This document shows positions 1 through 8,916 of a stretch of DNA of 64,000 bases, in pieces (the first letter of the stretch is position 1; each line of letters opens with the position of its first letter). Both the position numbers and the translations under genes were made by a program. A model generated the notes under the pieces. That model was not told where the DNA came from and did not search any database. It worked only from the letters and a program-made list of their open reading frames with translations. This DNA is from an uncultured Klebsiella sp. (lineage in GTDB: Bacteria; Pseudomonadota; Gammaproteobacteria; Ga0077536), in the NCBI GenBank assembly GCA_964555355.1, contig CAZKRY010000001.1:343177-407176 (forward strand), given 5' to 3'.

Positions 1-2
1 TT

Positions 3-407
3 CAAGCGGCGTTACAACGCCAGAGCACCAATGCACAAACCGAGGCTCAACTGCGAGCCGATATCGAAGCCTTGAGGGCGCGTGCCACGGTCGCGTCGCG
101 CGATCTGACGGATGCGATTGCGCTCGCCGCGGCCACGAACGAACGTCAGCGTGCGAACGCCGATCGCCTAGAGCGAACGTTAAGCTCCGAGACCGAGCTT
201 AATCATCTTTTGCGGCGCGAACTCGACGACTGGGTGGGCGAACAGGAACGCATTCAGAATTCGACGGCGCAGCGCGCCGATCTCGCGCGGCGGATGGCGC
301 ATACGTCTAGGATCCGGGAGCGCGCCGCGGCGGCGAAGCAGGCGGCCGAGTCAACGACGTTTTCGCTATTGGATGAGATTGCTTCGAAGCTTGGCGAGGA
401 TCTTTAA
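3..407 (+). CDS. 5'-truncated ORF encoding the C-terminal part of a coiled-coil protein (Q/A/R/E-rich); the frame is open to the window edge
   Basis: Frame 3 is open from position 3 with no upstream stop; the sequence is Ala/Arg/Glu/Gln-rich with no recognisable catalytic motif. The first in-frame ATG is at position 72. Confidence 0.35.
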   Translation, partial: QAALQRQSTNAQTEAQLRADIEALRARATVASRDLTDAIALAAATNERQRANADRLERTLSSETELNHLLRRELDDWVGEQERIQNSTAQRADLARRMAHTSRIRERAAAAKQAAESTTFSLLDEIASKLGEDL

Positions 408-414
408 TTTGATT

Positions 415-894
415 TCACGCCGCGCGCTCGTCGCCGTCCAGGTAATAGTGACGAAGCTGTTCGGCGAAATACGAATCCACGATGCGGCGCGCCTTGGGTC
501 GCAAATTCAGAAACTGAAAGCCAAGCACACAGTTCGGCGAGGTGGGATTGGTCGCGATGTAGAGCAAGCGCACGCCAACTGACAGCGTTTCCGGGCCGCC
601 AGCCAGCGGAATCACGGCGGTGGCTTGGAGCAAGGGCAAGTTATCCGCCTCCAATAAACCGGTGTGCGGGTGAATGATTTGGGCGGTCACCAAATTACAT
701 CGCACTTGCAAGCCGTCCGGCGAAATATTGCATAACTTGGCCGCGCAATGTTGGCCGCTCGCGTTGCGAAAGGCGACCGGTACATCGAGCGCGATGCGCG
801 GATAAGCGCGCTGCTCATCCTCCATGCCAAGCGATGGCCAGGATGAAAGTTCCGGTGCACTAGGCGTGTTTTCAAAGTCGCTCGCGTTACTCAT
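415..894 (-). CDS. PilZ-domain (c-di-GMP-binding) protein
   Basis: Both PilZ signature motifs are present: RAYPR (RxxxR), then NISPDG ((D/N)xSxxG) about 25 residues downstream. Size is 159 aa. Confidence 0.6.
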   Translation of the reverse strand: MSNASDFENTPSAPELSSWPSLGMEDEQRAYPRIALDVPVAFRNASGQHCAAKLCNISPDGLQVRCNLVTAQIIHPHTGLLEADNLPLLQATAVIPLAGGPETLSVGVRLLYIATNPTSPNCVLGFQFLNLRPKARRIVDSYFAEQLRHYYLDGDERAA

Positions 895-1119
895 CTGACT
901 GCCCCGTGAATGATGTTTTTATTGGCGTCCTGCCCATTGAGCGCAAAGCTCAGGCATGTACAGATTACAAATCCGAATCGCGCAAGAAGGCGACGAAGTT
1001 CACGTTACGTTATCGAGCCCACGCACGCGACATTCTTTTGCAAAGACCGGTACGCATCTTGTCGTAGGGCATGATCTCGGCGCGGCATGACCATTTGATG
1101 ACCTCGCGCAACACATTGC

Positions 1120-1947
1120 TTATCGACTGGGGGCGACGGATTTCACGGTTTGCGAGAGCGCCGCAAGCCGGGCGCGTGCCTCCTCTAAATCCGCATCGCC
1201 AAACTGCTGCGCAAGGAGTGCCGCGTTTTGGTCTGCCACCGCGAGTCCGCCTTGGGCGGCCATACGATACCAAGCCCATGCTTGGTGCGGATCGGGGGTG
1301 AGTCCCTCGCCACGTTGCAACGCTTCGCCAAGCGCGTTCTGCGCGAGCAGCGAACCCGCGCGAGCGGCTTCTTCCCACAGTTTAGCGGCTCGTCCCAAAT
1401 CGCGCGGCACGCCTAATCCGCGCCGATACAAGATCCCCAAGTTGTAGCCGGCGTCGGGTTCGCCGCCGGCGAATGCCTGTGCCCACCAATGCTCGGCTCG
1501 GGTGAAATCCCGGGGAACACCTTCACCGCGGAAAAACGCCAACCCCAATTGCTGCGCGGATTTTGCGCTGCCGTGGGCGGCGGCCCGTTTGAACCAATGG
1601 CGCGCGCGCTCGAGATCGGGCGTGACGCCCGCGCCGGTTTGATACATCACGCCAAGATTGTGCTCGGCCTTTGCGAATTTCTGCGCCGCCGCTTGTTCAA
1701 ACCACCGGCGCGCGGCCTGGTTGTCGGCAATGACTCCCCAGCCCTGCGCATGCATAACCCCTAAGTAATACTGGGCGATGGCGTCGCCGGCCGCCGCCGG
1801 CGCTTTGAGTTCGGCCAAGGCCTGCCCGTAATCGCCGCTTTTAAACGCCGCGACGCCCGTATCGAGGTCCGCGAAGCTGAACGGCGCCGCGCCTAAGCAA
1901 AGCGCCAGCACCAGTCCTTGAAAGGTGGTATGTCCCTTGTATTGCAT
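1120..1947 (-). CDS. Sel1-repeat (TPR-like) protein with an N-terminal signal peptide
   Basis: Hydrophobic N-terminus (LVLALCLGAAPFSFA). Seven tandem ~36-aa repeats with the Sel1 pattern (AQYxLGxMYxxGxGVxxDxxxAxxWFxKAAxQG). Confidence 0.8.
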   Translation of the reverse strand: MQYKGHTTFQGLVLALCLGAAPFSFADLDTGVAAFKSGDYGQALAELKAPAAAGDAIAQYYLGVMHAQGWGVIADNQAARRWFEQAAAQKFAKAEHNLGVMYQTGAGVTPDLERARHWFKRAAAHGSAKSAQQLGLAFFRGEGVPRDFTRAEHWWAQAFAGGEPDAGYNLGILYRRGLGVPRDLGRAAKLWEEAARAGSLLAQNALGEALQRGEGLTPDPHQAWAWYRMAAQGGLAVADQNAALLAQQFGDADLEEARARLAALSQTVKSVAPSR

Positions 1948-2063
1948 CGGCTAATTCCTACGTTCGCCTACGTTGGTTTACCTTTGAGCCTGCTGAGTGG
2001 CGAGCGGTTCCGGAAACTATTGCATTACAATGCCGCGCTCCATCCCCTAATACGGAACCCAAC

Positions 2064-2921
2064 ATGTCCACTGCGCGTTTTACCGGTACCGATACGTACG
2101 TTGCGACCGACGATCTCATGATGGCGGTGAACGCCGCTATTGTGCTGACCCGTCCGCTGCTAGTGAAAGGGGAGCCGGGAACCGGCAAAACGATGCTCGC
2201 GGAAGAAATCGCCCGCTCACTCGACAGGCCGCTGATCCAATGGCATATCAAGTCGACCACCAAAGCGGCCCGTGGACTATACGAATATGACGCCGTTGCC
2301 CGGTTACGCGACTCGCAGTTGGGCGATGACCGCGTCAAAGACATTCGCAACTACATTCAGAAGGGCAAGCTGTGGGAGGCTTTCGAATCCAACGCGCAGC
2401 CGGTCTTGCTAATTGATGAGATAGACAAAGCCGATATCGAGTTTCCGAACGACTTATTGCAAGAACTCGACCGCATGGAGTTCTACGTTTACGAAACCAA
2501 GGAAACGATCAGGGCCACACACCGGCCGATCATCATCATCACCAGTAACAATGAAAAAGAATTGCCGGATGCGTTTCTGCGTCGGTGTTTCTTTCACTAC
2601 ATTCGATTTCCGGACCAGGAAACGATGGAGCACATCGTGCATGTGCATTATCCGGATATCAAAAAGCGCTTGCTCGCCGAAGCTTTGCAATGCTTTTTTG
2701 AGTTGCGCGATCTGCCCGGTCTGAAGAAAAAACCGTCCACGTCTGAATTGCTGGACTGGATCAAACTCTTGGTCGCCGAAGACATTCCGCCGGAAGCCCT
2801 GCGCGAGAAGGATTCACGCAAAGCGATCCCCAAGTTGTACGGCGCGCTACTCAAGAACGAACAAGATATGCATCTCTTCGAGCGGCTGGTGTTCATGTCG
2901 CGAGGTCGCGGTGCTAACTGA
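2064..2921 (+). CDS. MoxR-family AAA+ ATPase (CoxD/NorQ-like)
   Basis: Walker A GEPGTGKT, Walker B LLIDEIDK, sensor arginines; ~285 aa, the size typical of single-domain MoxR ATPases. It overlaps the downstream VWA gene by 11 nt. Confidence 0.85.
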   Translation: MSTARFTGTDTYVATDDLMMAVNAAIVLTRPLLVKGEPGTGKTMLAEEIARSLDRPLIQWHIKSTTKAARGLYEYDAVARLRDSQLGDDRVKDIRNYIQKGKLWEAFESNAQPVLLIDEIDKADIEFPNDLLQELDRMEFYVYETKETIRATHRPIIIITSNNEKELPDAFLRRCFFHYIRFPDQETMEHIVHVHYPDIKKRLLAEALQCFFELRDLPGLKKKPSTSELLDWIKLLVAEDIPPEALREKDSRKAIPKLYGALLKNEQDMHLFERLVFMSRGRGAN

Positions 2922-4095
2922 GTTTTTTTATCGCCTGCGCAAGGTACAAATACCGGTCTCGCTGACCGAGTATTTGACGTTGATGCAGGCGCTGGAAGCG
3001 CGTATCGCGGGTTTCAGCATCGACGATTTTTACTATTTGGCGCGCGCCACGCTGGTGAAAGACGAGCGCTATTTTGATCGCTTCGATCAAGTCTTTGGCG
3101 ATTACATCCGAGGCCAAACCACGGCGTTTGAACAAATTCTGGGCGAGATCCCGCTCGAATGGCTGCGTAAGCAAAAAGAACTGACGCTGACCGACGAAGA
3201 GAAAAAACTGATCGAAAGTTTGGGCGGCTGGGACAAGTTGATGGAGACGCTGAAGCAGCGTCTGGAAGAACAGAAGAAGGCGCATCACGGCGGTAACAAG
3301 TGGATAGGGACCGGCGGGACCTCGCCATTCGGCGCGCATGGCTATAACCCGGAGGGCGTGCGCATCGGGCAGCCCACCGGGCGCCAAGGGAAAGCGGTCA
3401 AGGTGTGGGATAAACGCGAATACCAGAACCTGGATGACCAGGTCGAACTCGGTACACGCAACATCAAAGTGGCGCTGCGTAAATTGCGCCGCTTCGCGCG
3501 CGAAGGGGCGGAAGAAGAACTCGATTTGGACGATACGATCCGCTCAACCGCGCGCCGCGCCGGCCTCTTGGATATCAAGCTCGTGCCCGAGCGGCGCAAC
3601 ACCACCAAGGTTCTGCTGTTCTTGGATGTGGGCGGCTCGATGGACCCGCACGTCAAAGTTTGCGAGGAGTTGTTCTCCGCAACACGCGCCGAGTTCAAGC
3701 ACCTGGAGCATTTCTACTTCCACAATTTTGTCTACGAGACGGTGTGGCGGGACAATCGCATGCGTAACAACCAGCGGTATCCGACGCAATCCGTGCTGAA
3801 TAAATACAGTGCCGATCACAAGGTAGTCTTTGTCGGCGACGCGACGATGAGCCCGTATGAAATCATGGCGGTGGGCGGCAGTATCGAACACTGGAACGAA
3901 GAAGCCGGCGCGACTTGGATGGGGCGCTTGCTCGCGCTTTACCCTTACGCGGTGTGGTTAAACCCGCAGCCGGAAGATTATTGGAGCTACATCCCGTCCA
4001 TTGGTATCGTTAAACAATTATTGGCCGATCGAATGTTTCCGCTGACGATCGATGGGTTGGAACGCGCGATGAAGGCGCTTAAAAAGGCGCACTGA
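2911..4095 (+). CDS. VWA-domain protein (CoxE-like), partner of the MoxR ATPase
   Basis: C-terminal von Willebrand A domain with a MIDAS motif (LLFLDVGGSMD). The N-terminal region resembles the CoxE family. Translationally coupled to the upstream MoxR gene. Confidence 0.75.
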   Translation: MLTEFFYRLRKVQIPVSLTEYLTLMQALEARIAGFSIDDFYYLARATLVKDERYFDRFDQVFGDYIRGQTTAFEQILGEIPLEWLRKQKELTLTDEEKKLIESLGGWDKLMETLKQRLEEQKKAHHGGNKWIGTGGTSPFGAHGYNPEGVRIGQPTGRQGKAVKVWDKREYQNLDDQVELGTRNIKVALRKLRRFAREGAEEELDLDDTIRSTARRAGLLDIKLVPERRNTTKVLLFLDVGGSMDPHVKVCEELFSATRAEFKHLEHFYFHNFVYETVWRDNRMRNNQRYPTQSVLNKYSADHKVVFVGDATMSPYEIMAVGGSIEHWNEEAGATWMGRLLALYPYAVWLNPQPEDYWSYIPSIGIVKQLLADRMFPLTIDGLERAMKALKKAH

Positions 4096-4100
4096 GTGTT

Positions 4101-5147
4101 TTGAACGCCAGCGGCGATCTCCGATTGAACGTTGGGACCGCTTGTTCTTGTTTGAGAGTGTTACTGCTCATTGTTAGCGCCATGACGCTAACGCGCGTTA
4201 CGTTCGCGATAAGCGCCGACGATCTTGCCGTCATTATCAACGATGACGACGCTTACAGTGTCGACATCGGGACGCATTACGCGGCGGCACGGCAGATCCC
4301 TCAAGCGCATGTCGTGCACGTTCATCTCGGCACCCCCCGCGCTGTTCTCGCCCCGGACGACTTCAAGCGCGCATACACAACAGTGACTGAAACGCTGCCC
4401 AAGACGGTGCAAGGATTCGCGCTCGCGTGGACGCGTCCTTATCGCGTTGGGTGCATGTCGATGACCACCGCTTTCGCGATGGGTTACGCACCGCGGCATT
4501 GTGCGGACGGTTGTAAACCCATTGCGCCAAATCCGTTGTATGACAAAGAGACGCGTGCGCCGTACACGGACTTCCGCGTGCGTCCGGCAATGTTGCTTGC
4601 GGCAGAAACCGCCGCGAACGCGCGCCAACTGATCGCCCGCGGCGTGCGCAGCGACGGGATCAAACCCGCCGGCACTGCGTATTTAGTCGAAACCAACGAT
4701 CGTGCGCGCAGCACACGTACGCCTAAGTATCCGGCAATCGTGCAGCGGTTCGGGAGCGCATTAGACGTGCGGATGGTGCGCGGCGAAGGTATTCGCGAGC
4801 GCTTCGATGTCATGTTTTATTTCACCGGTGCGACTCATGTGCCGTACCTTGAAACGCTTGGGTTTTTGCCGGGCGCGATTGCCGATCATTTAACCTCCGC
4901 CGGGGGCCAGCTTGACGGCGAGGGTCAGATGAGCGCGCTGCGATGGCTGGAAGCAGGTGCGACCGGTAGCTACGGTACCGTTGTCGAGCCGTGCAATTTC
5001 CCGCAAAAGTTCCCCGCCCCCATGCAGGTACTAAAGTTTTATCTGGCCGGCGAAACGCTGCTGGAAGCTTACTGGAAGAGTGTGGTGTGGCCTGGCCAAG
5101 GGGTCTTTATTGGCGAGCCGCTCGCGAGCCCCTATCGTGTCCAGTGA
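4101..5147 (+). CDS. Hypothetical secreted protein (signal peptide), possibly the third member of the MoxR/VWA module
   Basis: N-terminal hydrophobic h-region followed by AISADD. No recognisable catalytic motif. Starts 6 nt after the VWA gene. Confidence 0.45.
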   Translation: MNASGDLRLNVGTACSCLRVLLLIVSAMTLTRVTFAISADDLAVIINDDDAYSVDIGTHYAAARQIPQAHVVHVHLGTPRAVLAPDDFKRAYTTVTETLPKTVQGFALAWTRPYRVGCMSMTTAFAMGYAPRHCADGCKPIAPNPLYDKETRAPYTDFRVRPAMLLAAETAANARQLIARGVRSDGIKPAGTAYLVETNDRARSTRTPKYPAIVQRFGSALDVRMVRGEGIRERFDVMFYFTGATHVPYLETLGFLPGAIADHLTSAGGQLDGEGQMSALRWLEAGATGSYGTVVEPCNFPQKFPAPMQVLKFYLAGETLLEAYWKSVVWPGQGVFIGEPLASPYRVQ

Positions 5148-5263
5148 CGCCGCCCGGCGTCAGGTGCCAGAATTTGTCGCTAGGTAGCGTCAGTTCGCGC
5201 GCACGAGTTTCGAATATTTCCTACCCCGGTCAAGATCCACCGCCTCCACGCCGCTAATTTCTC

Positions 5264-5605
5264 GTGAAACGGGTCACGTTTCCTCACTCAAACGACGAAC
5301 CCGGTCGCACTGACAGCACAGTGAACGTCTATGTTTGCGAAGATGGAACGACGATTGCTGTATCTGTCATGAAACGCAATCCACGGAGACCAATAATGAA
5401 GGCCATTTCGACGATAGACCGGCGCATTGCGCGATTCTCCGGCTATCGGGACATGAACGGTGAGTTTGTGCCATTCACGATGTCCGACGAAGTTTTCAGC
5501 CGCGCGCGGAAACTCGGCGCGCGGGTTCTGTTGCGCCTGGAACTGTCCGAGAGTCGCGAGTTACAAGGTTTGTTTTATACCAACGATCGCAGCCTATCGC
5601 GCTAA
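5264..5605 (+). CDS. Small hypothetical protein (113 aa); start uncertain
   Basis: The ORF is present, but a REP-like hairpin lies immediately downstream. No motif recognised. Confidence 0.25.
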   Translation: MKRVTFPHSNDEPGRTDSTVNVYVCEDGTTIAVSVMKRNPRRPIMKAISTIDRRIARFSGYRDMNGEFVPFTMSDEVFSRARKLGARVLLRLELSESRELQGLFYTNDRSLSR

Positions 5606-5610
5606 CGAAC

Positions 5611-5665
5611 GAAACCTCTCCCACCGGGAGAGGTCGGCGCGTCAGCGCCGGGTGCGGGGCAGCCT
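5611..5665. repeat. REP-like palindromic element (single copy of the family seen at 36.2, 49.8, 52.1 and 55.4 kb)
   Basis: The cctctcccaccgggagagg hairpin followed by a ggcgcgtcagcgcc hairpin. The core is shared with the other copies. Confidence 0.6.
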
Positions 5666-5750
5666 TTCTACAGCCACCCGCACGCTCCGCAAAAACACTG
5701 TCTCTACCGCACCTGGTTAGCTACCATGCTCCGAATTTCGGAGGCTCGGT

Positions 5751-6518
5751 GTGGACAAGGGAAAGCTCGAATCGGCGTTTAAGCGTTTTGCGGATAATCC
5801 CGCCGATCTTCTCGAAGGCGCGCTGCTGGTGTCTGCGCTAGTGCAACCGTTGACCGATCCCGCCTGGTGCCGCCGCACCATTCAAGAGTTAACCGACAAA
5901 TTGAGTTTGCCGACGGTAGAGGCTTTGCTTGAGCTGTTTCACCGTGAAGGATTCGCTGGCGCCGACACGTATTACGAAGCGCGCAACAGCGCGGTCGACT
6001 ATGTACTTAAGGAGCGACGCGGCATTCCCATCACCCTTGCGGTTATTTTGATAGAGGTGGCCCGTAGAGCGGGACTCGCCGCTGCGGGAATTAATTTCCC
6101 GGGGCACTTTTTAGTTTCGATAGCCGAACGTGTGGTCGATCCCTTCACGTTGCAGGCGCTGTCCGAACAAGCATGTAAACAACGTCTCGCGGCCTCGGGC
6201 GTGCGTCCAGAAGTCGCGTGGCGGCGCGCGTCCAATACCGCCATCGTATTGAGAATGCTGAATAATCTGCGGGGTATCGCACTGCAATCCGGTGATTCCG
6301 CGCGGGCGCTCGAGTACACCGATTACCAGCTTCAACTAAACGGTGACCGGCTTGAACTTGCGCTCGTCCGGGCGGAATTGTGGGTCGCGATTGGCGCGCC
6401 ACAAATAGCGGTGCATGAACTTGAAACGGCTAAGACCTTGAATCCTGGTGCGGAACTCACTGAACAAATTGACCAGCGGTTATCTCTGCTAGCGAAGGCA
6501 AGGCCCTCTCTGCACTGA
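5751..6518 (+). CDS. SirB1/YchA-family protein (transglutaminase-like N-domain plus TPR-like C-domain)
   Basis: GTG start. The GIPITLAVILIEVARRAGL...GINFPGHFLV segment is characteristic of the UPF0162/SirB1 family; TPR-like C-terminus. Confidence 0.65.
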   Translation: MDKGKLESAFKRFADNPADLLEGALLVSALVQPLTDPAWCRRTIQELTDKLSLPTVEALLELFHREGFAGADTYYEARNSAVDYVLKERRGIPITLAVILIEVARRAGLAAAGINFPGHFLVSIAERVVDPFTLQALSEQACKQRLAASGVRPEVAWRRASNTAIVLRMLNNLRGIALQSGDSARALEYTDYQLQLNGDRLELALVRAELWVAIGAPQIAVHELETAKTLNPGAELTEQIDQRLSLLAKARPSLH

Positions 6519-6529
6519 GAATTTCCTGT

Positions 6530-6577
6530 TGTTCACGCTATGAACAGCATGATAGGCTGTGTTCATACCTTGAACAC
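6530..6577 (+). promoter_or_regulatory. Two copies of an inverted-repeat operator-like site (TGTTCA-N5-TGAACA) immediately upstream of the winged-helix regulator gene
   Basis: 6530-6546 tgttcaCGCTAtgaaca and 6559-6577 gtgttcaTACCTtgaacac. Both are perfect 6-7 bp palindromic half-sites with a 5-bp spacer, 13 bp apart. Confidence 0.5.
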
Positions 6578-6582
6578 CCTGT

Positions 6583-7233
6583 ATGACCCAGCAACGCGAA
6601 GAATCCCTCACTCTGGAATTGCTCTCAGCGATCGAAGCCAAGAGCGACGTCACTCAGCGCCATATCGCGGACCGCATGGGGGTGGCGCTCGGACTCGCGA
6701 ATTCCTACTTAAAACGCTGTGTGCGAAAGGGGTTGGTGAAAATCACCCAAGCACCGGCTAACCGTTATTTGTATTACTTAACGCCAACCGGGTTCGCCGA
6801 GAAAAGCCGCCTGACAGCGCAGTATTTCAGCTATTCGTTTGATTTTTATCGGCGGGCGAGTGCTTCCACGCGCGAAGCGCTCGCGCTCTGCGCTGAACGG
6901 AACTGGCGGCGATTGCTCTTTATCGGCACCTCTGAACTCGCGGAAATCGCGTTTGTGAGCAGTCATGACTTTAAGTTCGAAATTATTGGGACCTACGCCG
7001 CGGGAAGCGGACTTAAAGCTTTTCTGGGTAGACCGGTGTGGGAAGAAATTCCGCCGCTAGACAAGTTTGACGGTGCGATATTTTGCGCGCTGGATGGCCA
7101 CCAAGCGTGGTTTGAACGTGTTACCCAAGAGATTCCCGTTGAACGATTGGTTTTTCCGGAACTCGTTAAACCGCTCATGCCCGTAACCTCCAATTTTCAC
7201 GCGCCAACGCCGACGTCAGGCGCAAGGAGTTAA
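6583..7233 (+). CDS. Winged-helix-turn-helix transcriptional regulator at the head of the glycan locus
   Basis: N-terminal wHTH (SDVTQRHIADRMGVALGLANSYLKRCVRKGLVKI). The C-terminal ~120 aa are of unknown function. First gene of the + strand block. Confidence 0.5.
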   Translation: MTQQREESLTLELLSAIEAKSDVTQRHIADRMGVALGLANSYLKRCVRKGLVKITQAPANRYLYYLTPTGFAEKSRLTAQYFSYSFDFYRRASASTREALALCAERNWRRLLFIGTSELAEIAFVSSHDFKFEIIGTYAAGSGLKAFLGRPVWEEIPPLDKFDGAIFCALDGHQAWFERVTQEIPVERLVFPELVKPLMPVTSNFHAPTPTSGARS

Positions 7234-7237
7234 CTCG

Positions 7238-8302
7238 ATGGAATATCGCGTGCCTTATCGGATTGAGGACCGACGCATACGGTTTGCCGTCGTCGGCGCC
7301 GGCCGCATTTCCGACCGGCATTTCGATGCACTGAAGGCGCATGCGGAACGCGCCGAACTGGTCGCCATCGCGGACAGCGATCCCCAAGTACTCAAAAAGA
7401 CTTGCGAAACACACGGGGTGGAGGGTTATGACGGATTAGATGCGTTGCTCACAAAAAGCGACGCCGACTGCGTCGCGCTATGCACGCCCTCGGGTCTTCA
7501 CCCGGCACAAGCGATGCAAGTTGCCCGCGCCGGCCGCCACGTCGTTACGGAAAAGCCAATGGCCACGCGCCTGGTCGATGGCAAACGCATGGTACAAACC
7601 TGCGACGAAAACAATGTTCATCTGTTCGTCGTCAAACAGAATCGCCTGAACCCGACGTTGCAGTTGGTCAAAAATGCGGTGCGCAAACGGCGCTTTGGAC
7701 GCATCTACATGGTCAACGTCAATGTGTTCTGGACGCGACCGCAGTCTTATTACGACTCATCCCGTTGGCGCGGAACCTGGGAATTTGACGGCGGCGCATT
7801 CATGAACCAAGCCAGCCACTACATTGATCTGCTCGACTGGCTAATTGGCCCAATCGAGAGCGTGCATGCCTATACCTCAACACTCGAACGCAATATCGAA
7901 GTCGAAGATAGCGGGGTCGCCAATATCAAATGGCGCTCCGGCGCGCTGGGGTCGCTCAATGTCACGATGTTGACCTACCCGCGTAACCTTGAAGGCTCGA
8001 TCACTATCTTGGGTGAAAAGGGCTCGGTGCAAGTAGGCGGTGTTGCCGTCAACGAAATCAAACACTGGGAGTTTGCCGAGCCTGACGCCGACGATGAGAA
8101 AGTTAAAGACGCAAGTTACGGCACGGCGTCCGTATATGGCGTCGGCCATCCGATGTACTACGACAACGTTATTCGCGTGCTACGGGGCGAAGCGAGAGCG
8201 GAAACCGATGGACGGGAAGGGCTACGTTCGCTCGAAACCTTGATCGCCATGTACATCTCCTCACGCGATGGCCGTCGCGTGTCATTGCCGCTCGAATATT
8301 GA
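7238..8302 (+). CDS. wbpB: Gfo/Idh/MocA-family oxidoreductase, WbpB-like UDP-GlcNAcA 3-dehydrogenase
   Basis: N-terminal Rossmann fold ([14 protein letters not shown]) and EKP motif (VVTEKPMA). Gene order with the WbpD-like and WbpE-like genes downstream. AGGAG ribosome-binding site 8 nt upstream. Confidence 0.75.
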   Translation: MEYRVPYRIEDRRIRFAVVGAGRISDRHFDALKAHAERAELVAIADSDPQVLKKTCETHGVEGYDGLDALLTKSDADCVALCTPSGLHPAQAMQVARAGRHVVTEKPMATRLVDGKRMVQTCDENNVHLFVVKQNRLNPTLQLVKNAVRKRRFGRIYMVNVNVFWTRPQSYYDSSRWRGTWEFDGGAFMNQASHYIDLLDWLIGPIESVHAYTSTLERNIEVEDSGVANIKWRSGALGSLNVTMLTYPRNLEGSITILGEKGSVQVGGVAVNEIKHWEFAEPDADDEKVKDASYGTASVYGVGHPMYYDNVIRVLRGEARAETDGREGLRSLETLIAMYISSRDGRRVSLPLEY

Positions 8303-8312
8303 GGCTCTGACT

Positions 8313-8888
8313 ATGGCCTATACCGTTCACCCAAGCGCAATCGTCGATGACGGCGCGCAGATCGGCGATGGCACCCGGATCTGGCACTGGGTGCATGTGA
8401 GCGCGGGCGCGCGGATCGGCCAAGGTTGCTCGCTTGGCCAGAATGTCTATGTGGGCAATCGCGTCGTCATCGGCAATAACGTCAAGATTCAAAATAACGT
8501 TTCGGTATATGACAACGTAACACTAGAAGACGGCGTCTTTTGCGGTCCGAGCATGGTGTTCACGAATGTTTATAACCCACGCTCGGAAGTCTCACGCAAA
8601 GACGAGTACCGCGATACGTTGGTGAAGCGCGGCGCGACCTTAGGTGCTAATTGCACCATCGTGTGCGGGGCGACAATCGGCGAGTACGCATTTATTGGCG
8701 CGGGCGCGGTTGTCAATCGCGATGTGCCGGCGTTTGCGCTAATCGTCGGCGTCCCAGGCAAACAGATGGGATGGATGAGTAAGTTTGGCGAGCGATTGAA
8801 TTTACCGCTCAGCGGAGACGCTGAGTGTATTTGTCCGCATACGAACGAACGTTATGTACTACGAGCCGGCGTGTGTACCACCGTTTGA
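8313..8888 (+). CDS. wbpD: Left-handed beta-helix (hexapeptide) N-acetyltransferase, WbpD-like
   Basis: Hexapeptide repeats ([27 protein letters not shown]...). The start is taken at the internal ATG 8313 (MAYTVHPS) rather than the ORF-track start 8268, to avoid overlapping wbpB. Confidence 0.75.
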   Translation: MAYTVHPSAIVDDGAQIGDGTRIWHWVHVSAGARIGQGCSLGQNVYVGNRVVIGNNVKIQNNVSVYDNVTLEDGVFCGPSMVFTNVYNPRSEVSRKDEYRDTLVKRGATLGANCTIVCGATIGEYAFIGAGAVVNRDVPAFALIVGVPGKQMGWMSKFGERLNLPLSGDAECICPHTNERYVLRAGVCTTV

Positions 8889-8916
8889 AGCGAATAAACG
8901 CGACACCTAGGACACC

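Noticed and set aside
2914-3891. Multiple 100-160-aa ORFs antisense or out-of-frame within the VWA gene (2914..3387-, 3014..3328-, 3338..3799+, 3342..3698-, 3544..3891-)
   Set aside because: They are typical high-GC antisense open frames with Arg/Ala/Ser-rich low-complexity sequence, no motifs, and they overlap a strongly supported CDS.
5146-5166. Hairpin gacgccg-cc-cggcgtc immediately after the 4101..5147 stop codon, considered as a terminator
   Set aside because: The loop is only 2 nt, giving effectively a 6-bp stem, and no T-tract follows (aggtgccagaattt). It is insufficient to call an intrinsic terminator.
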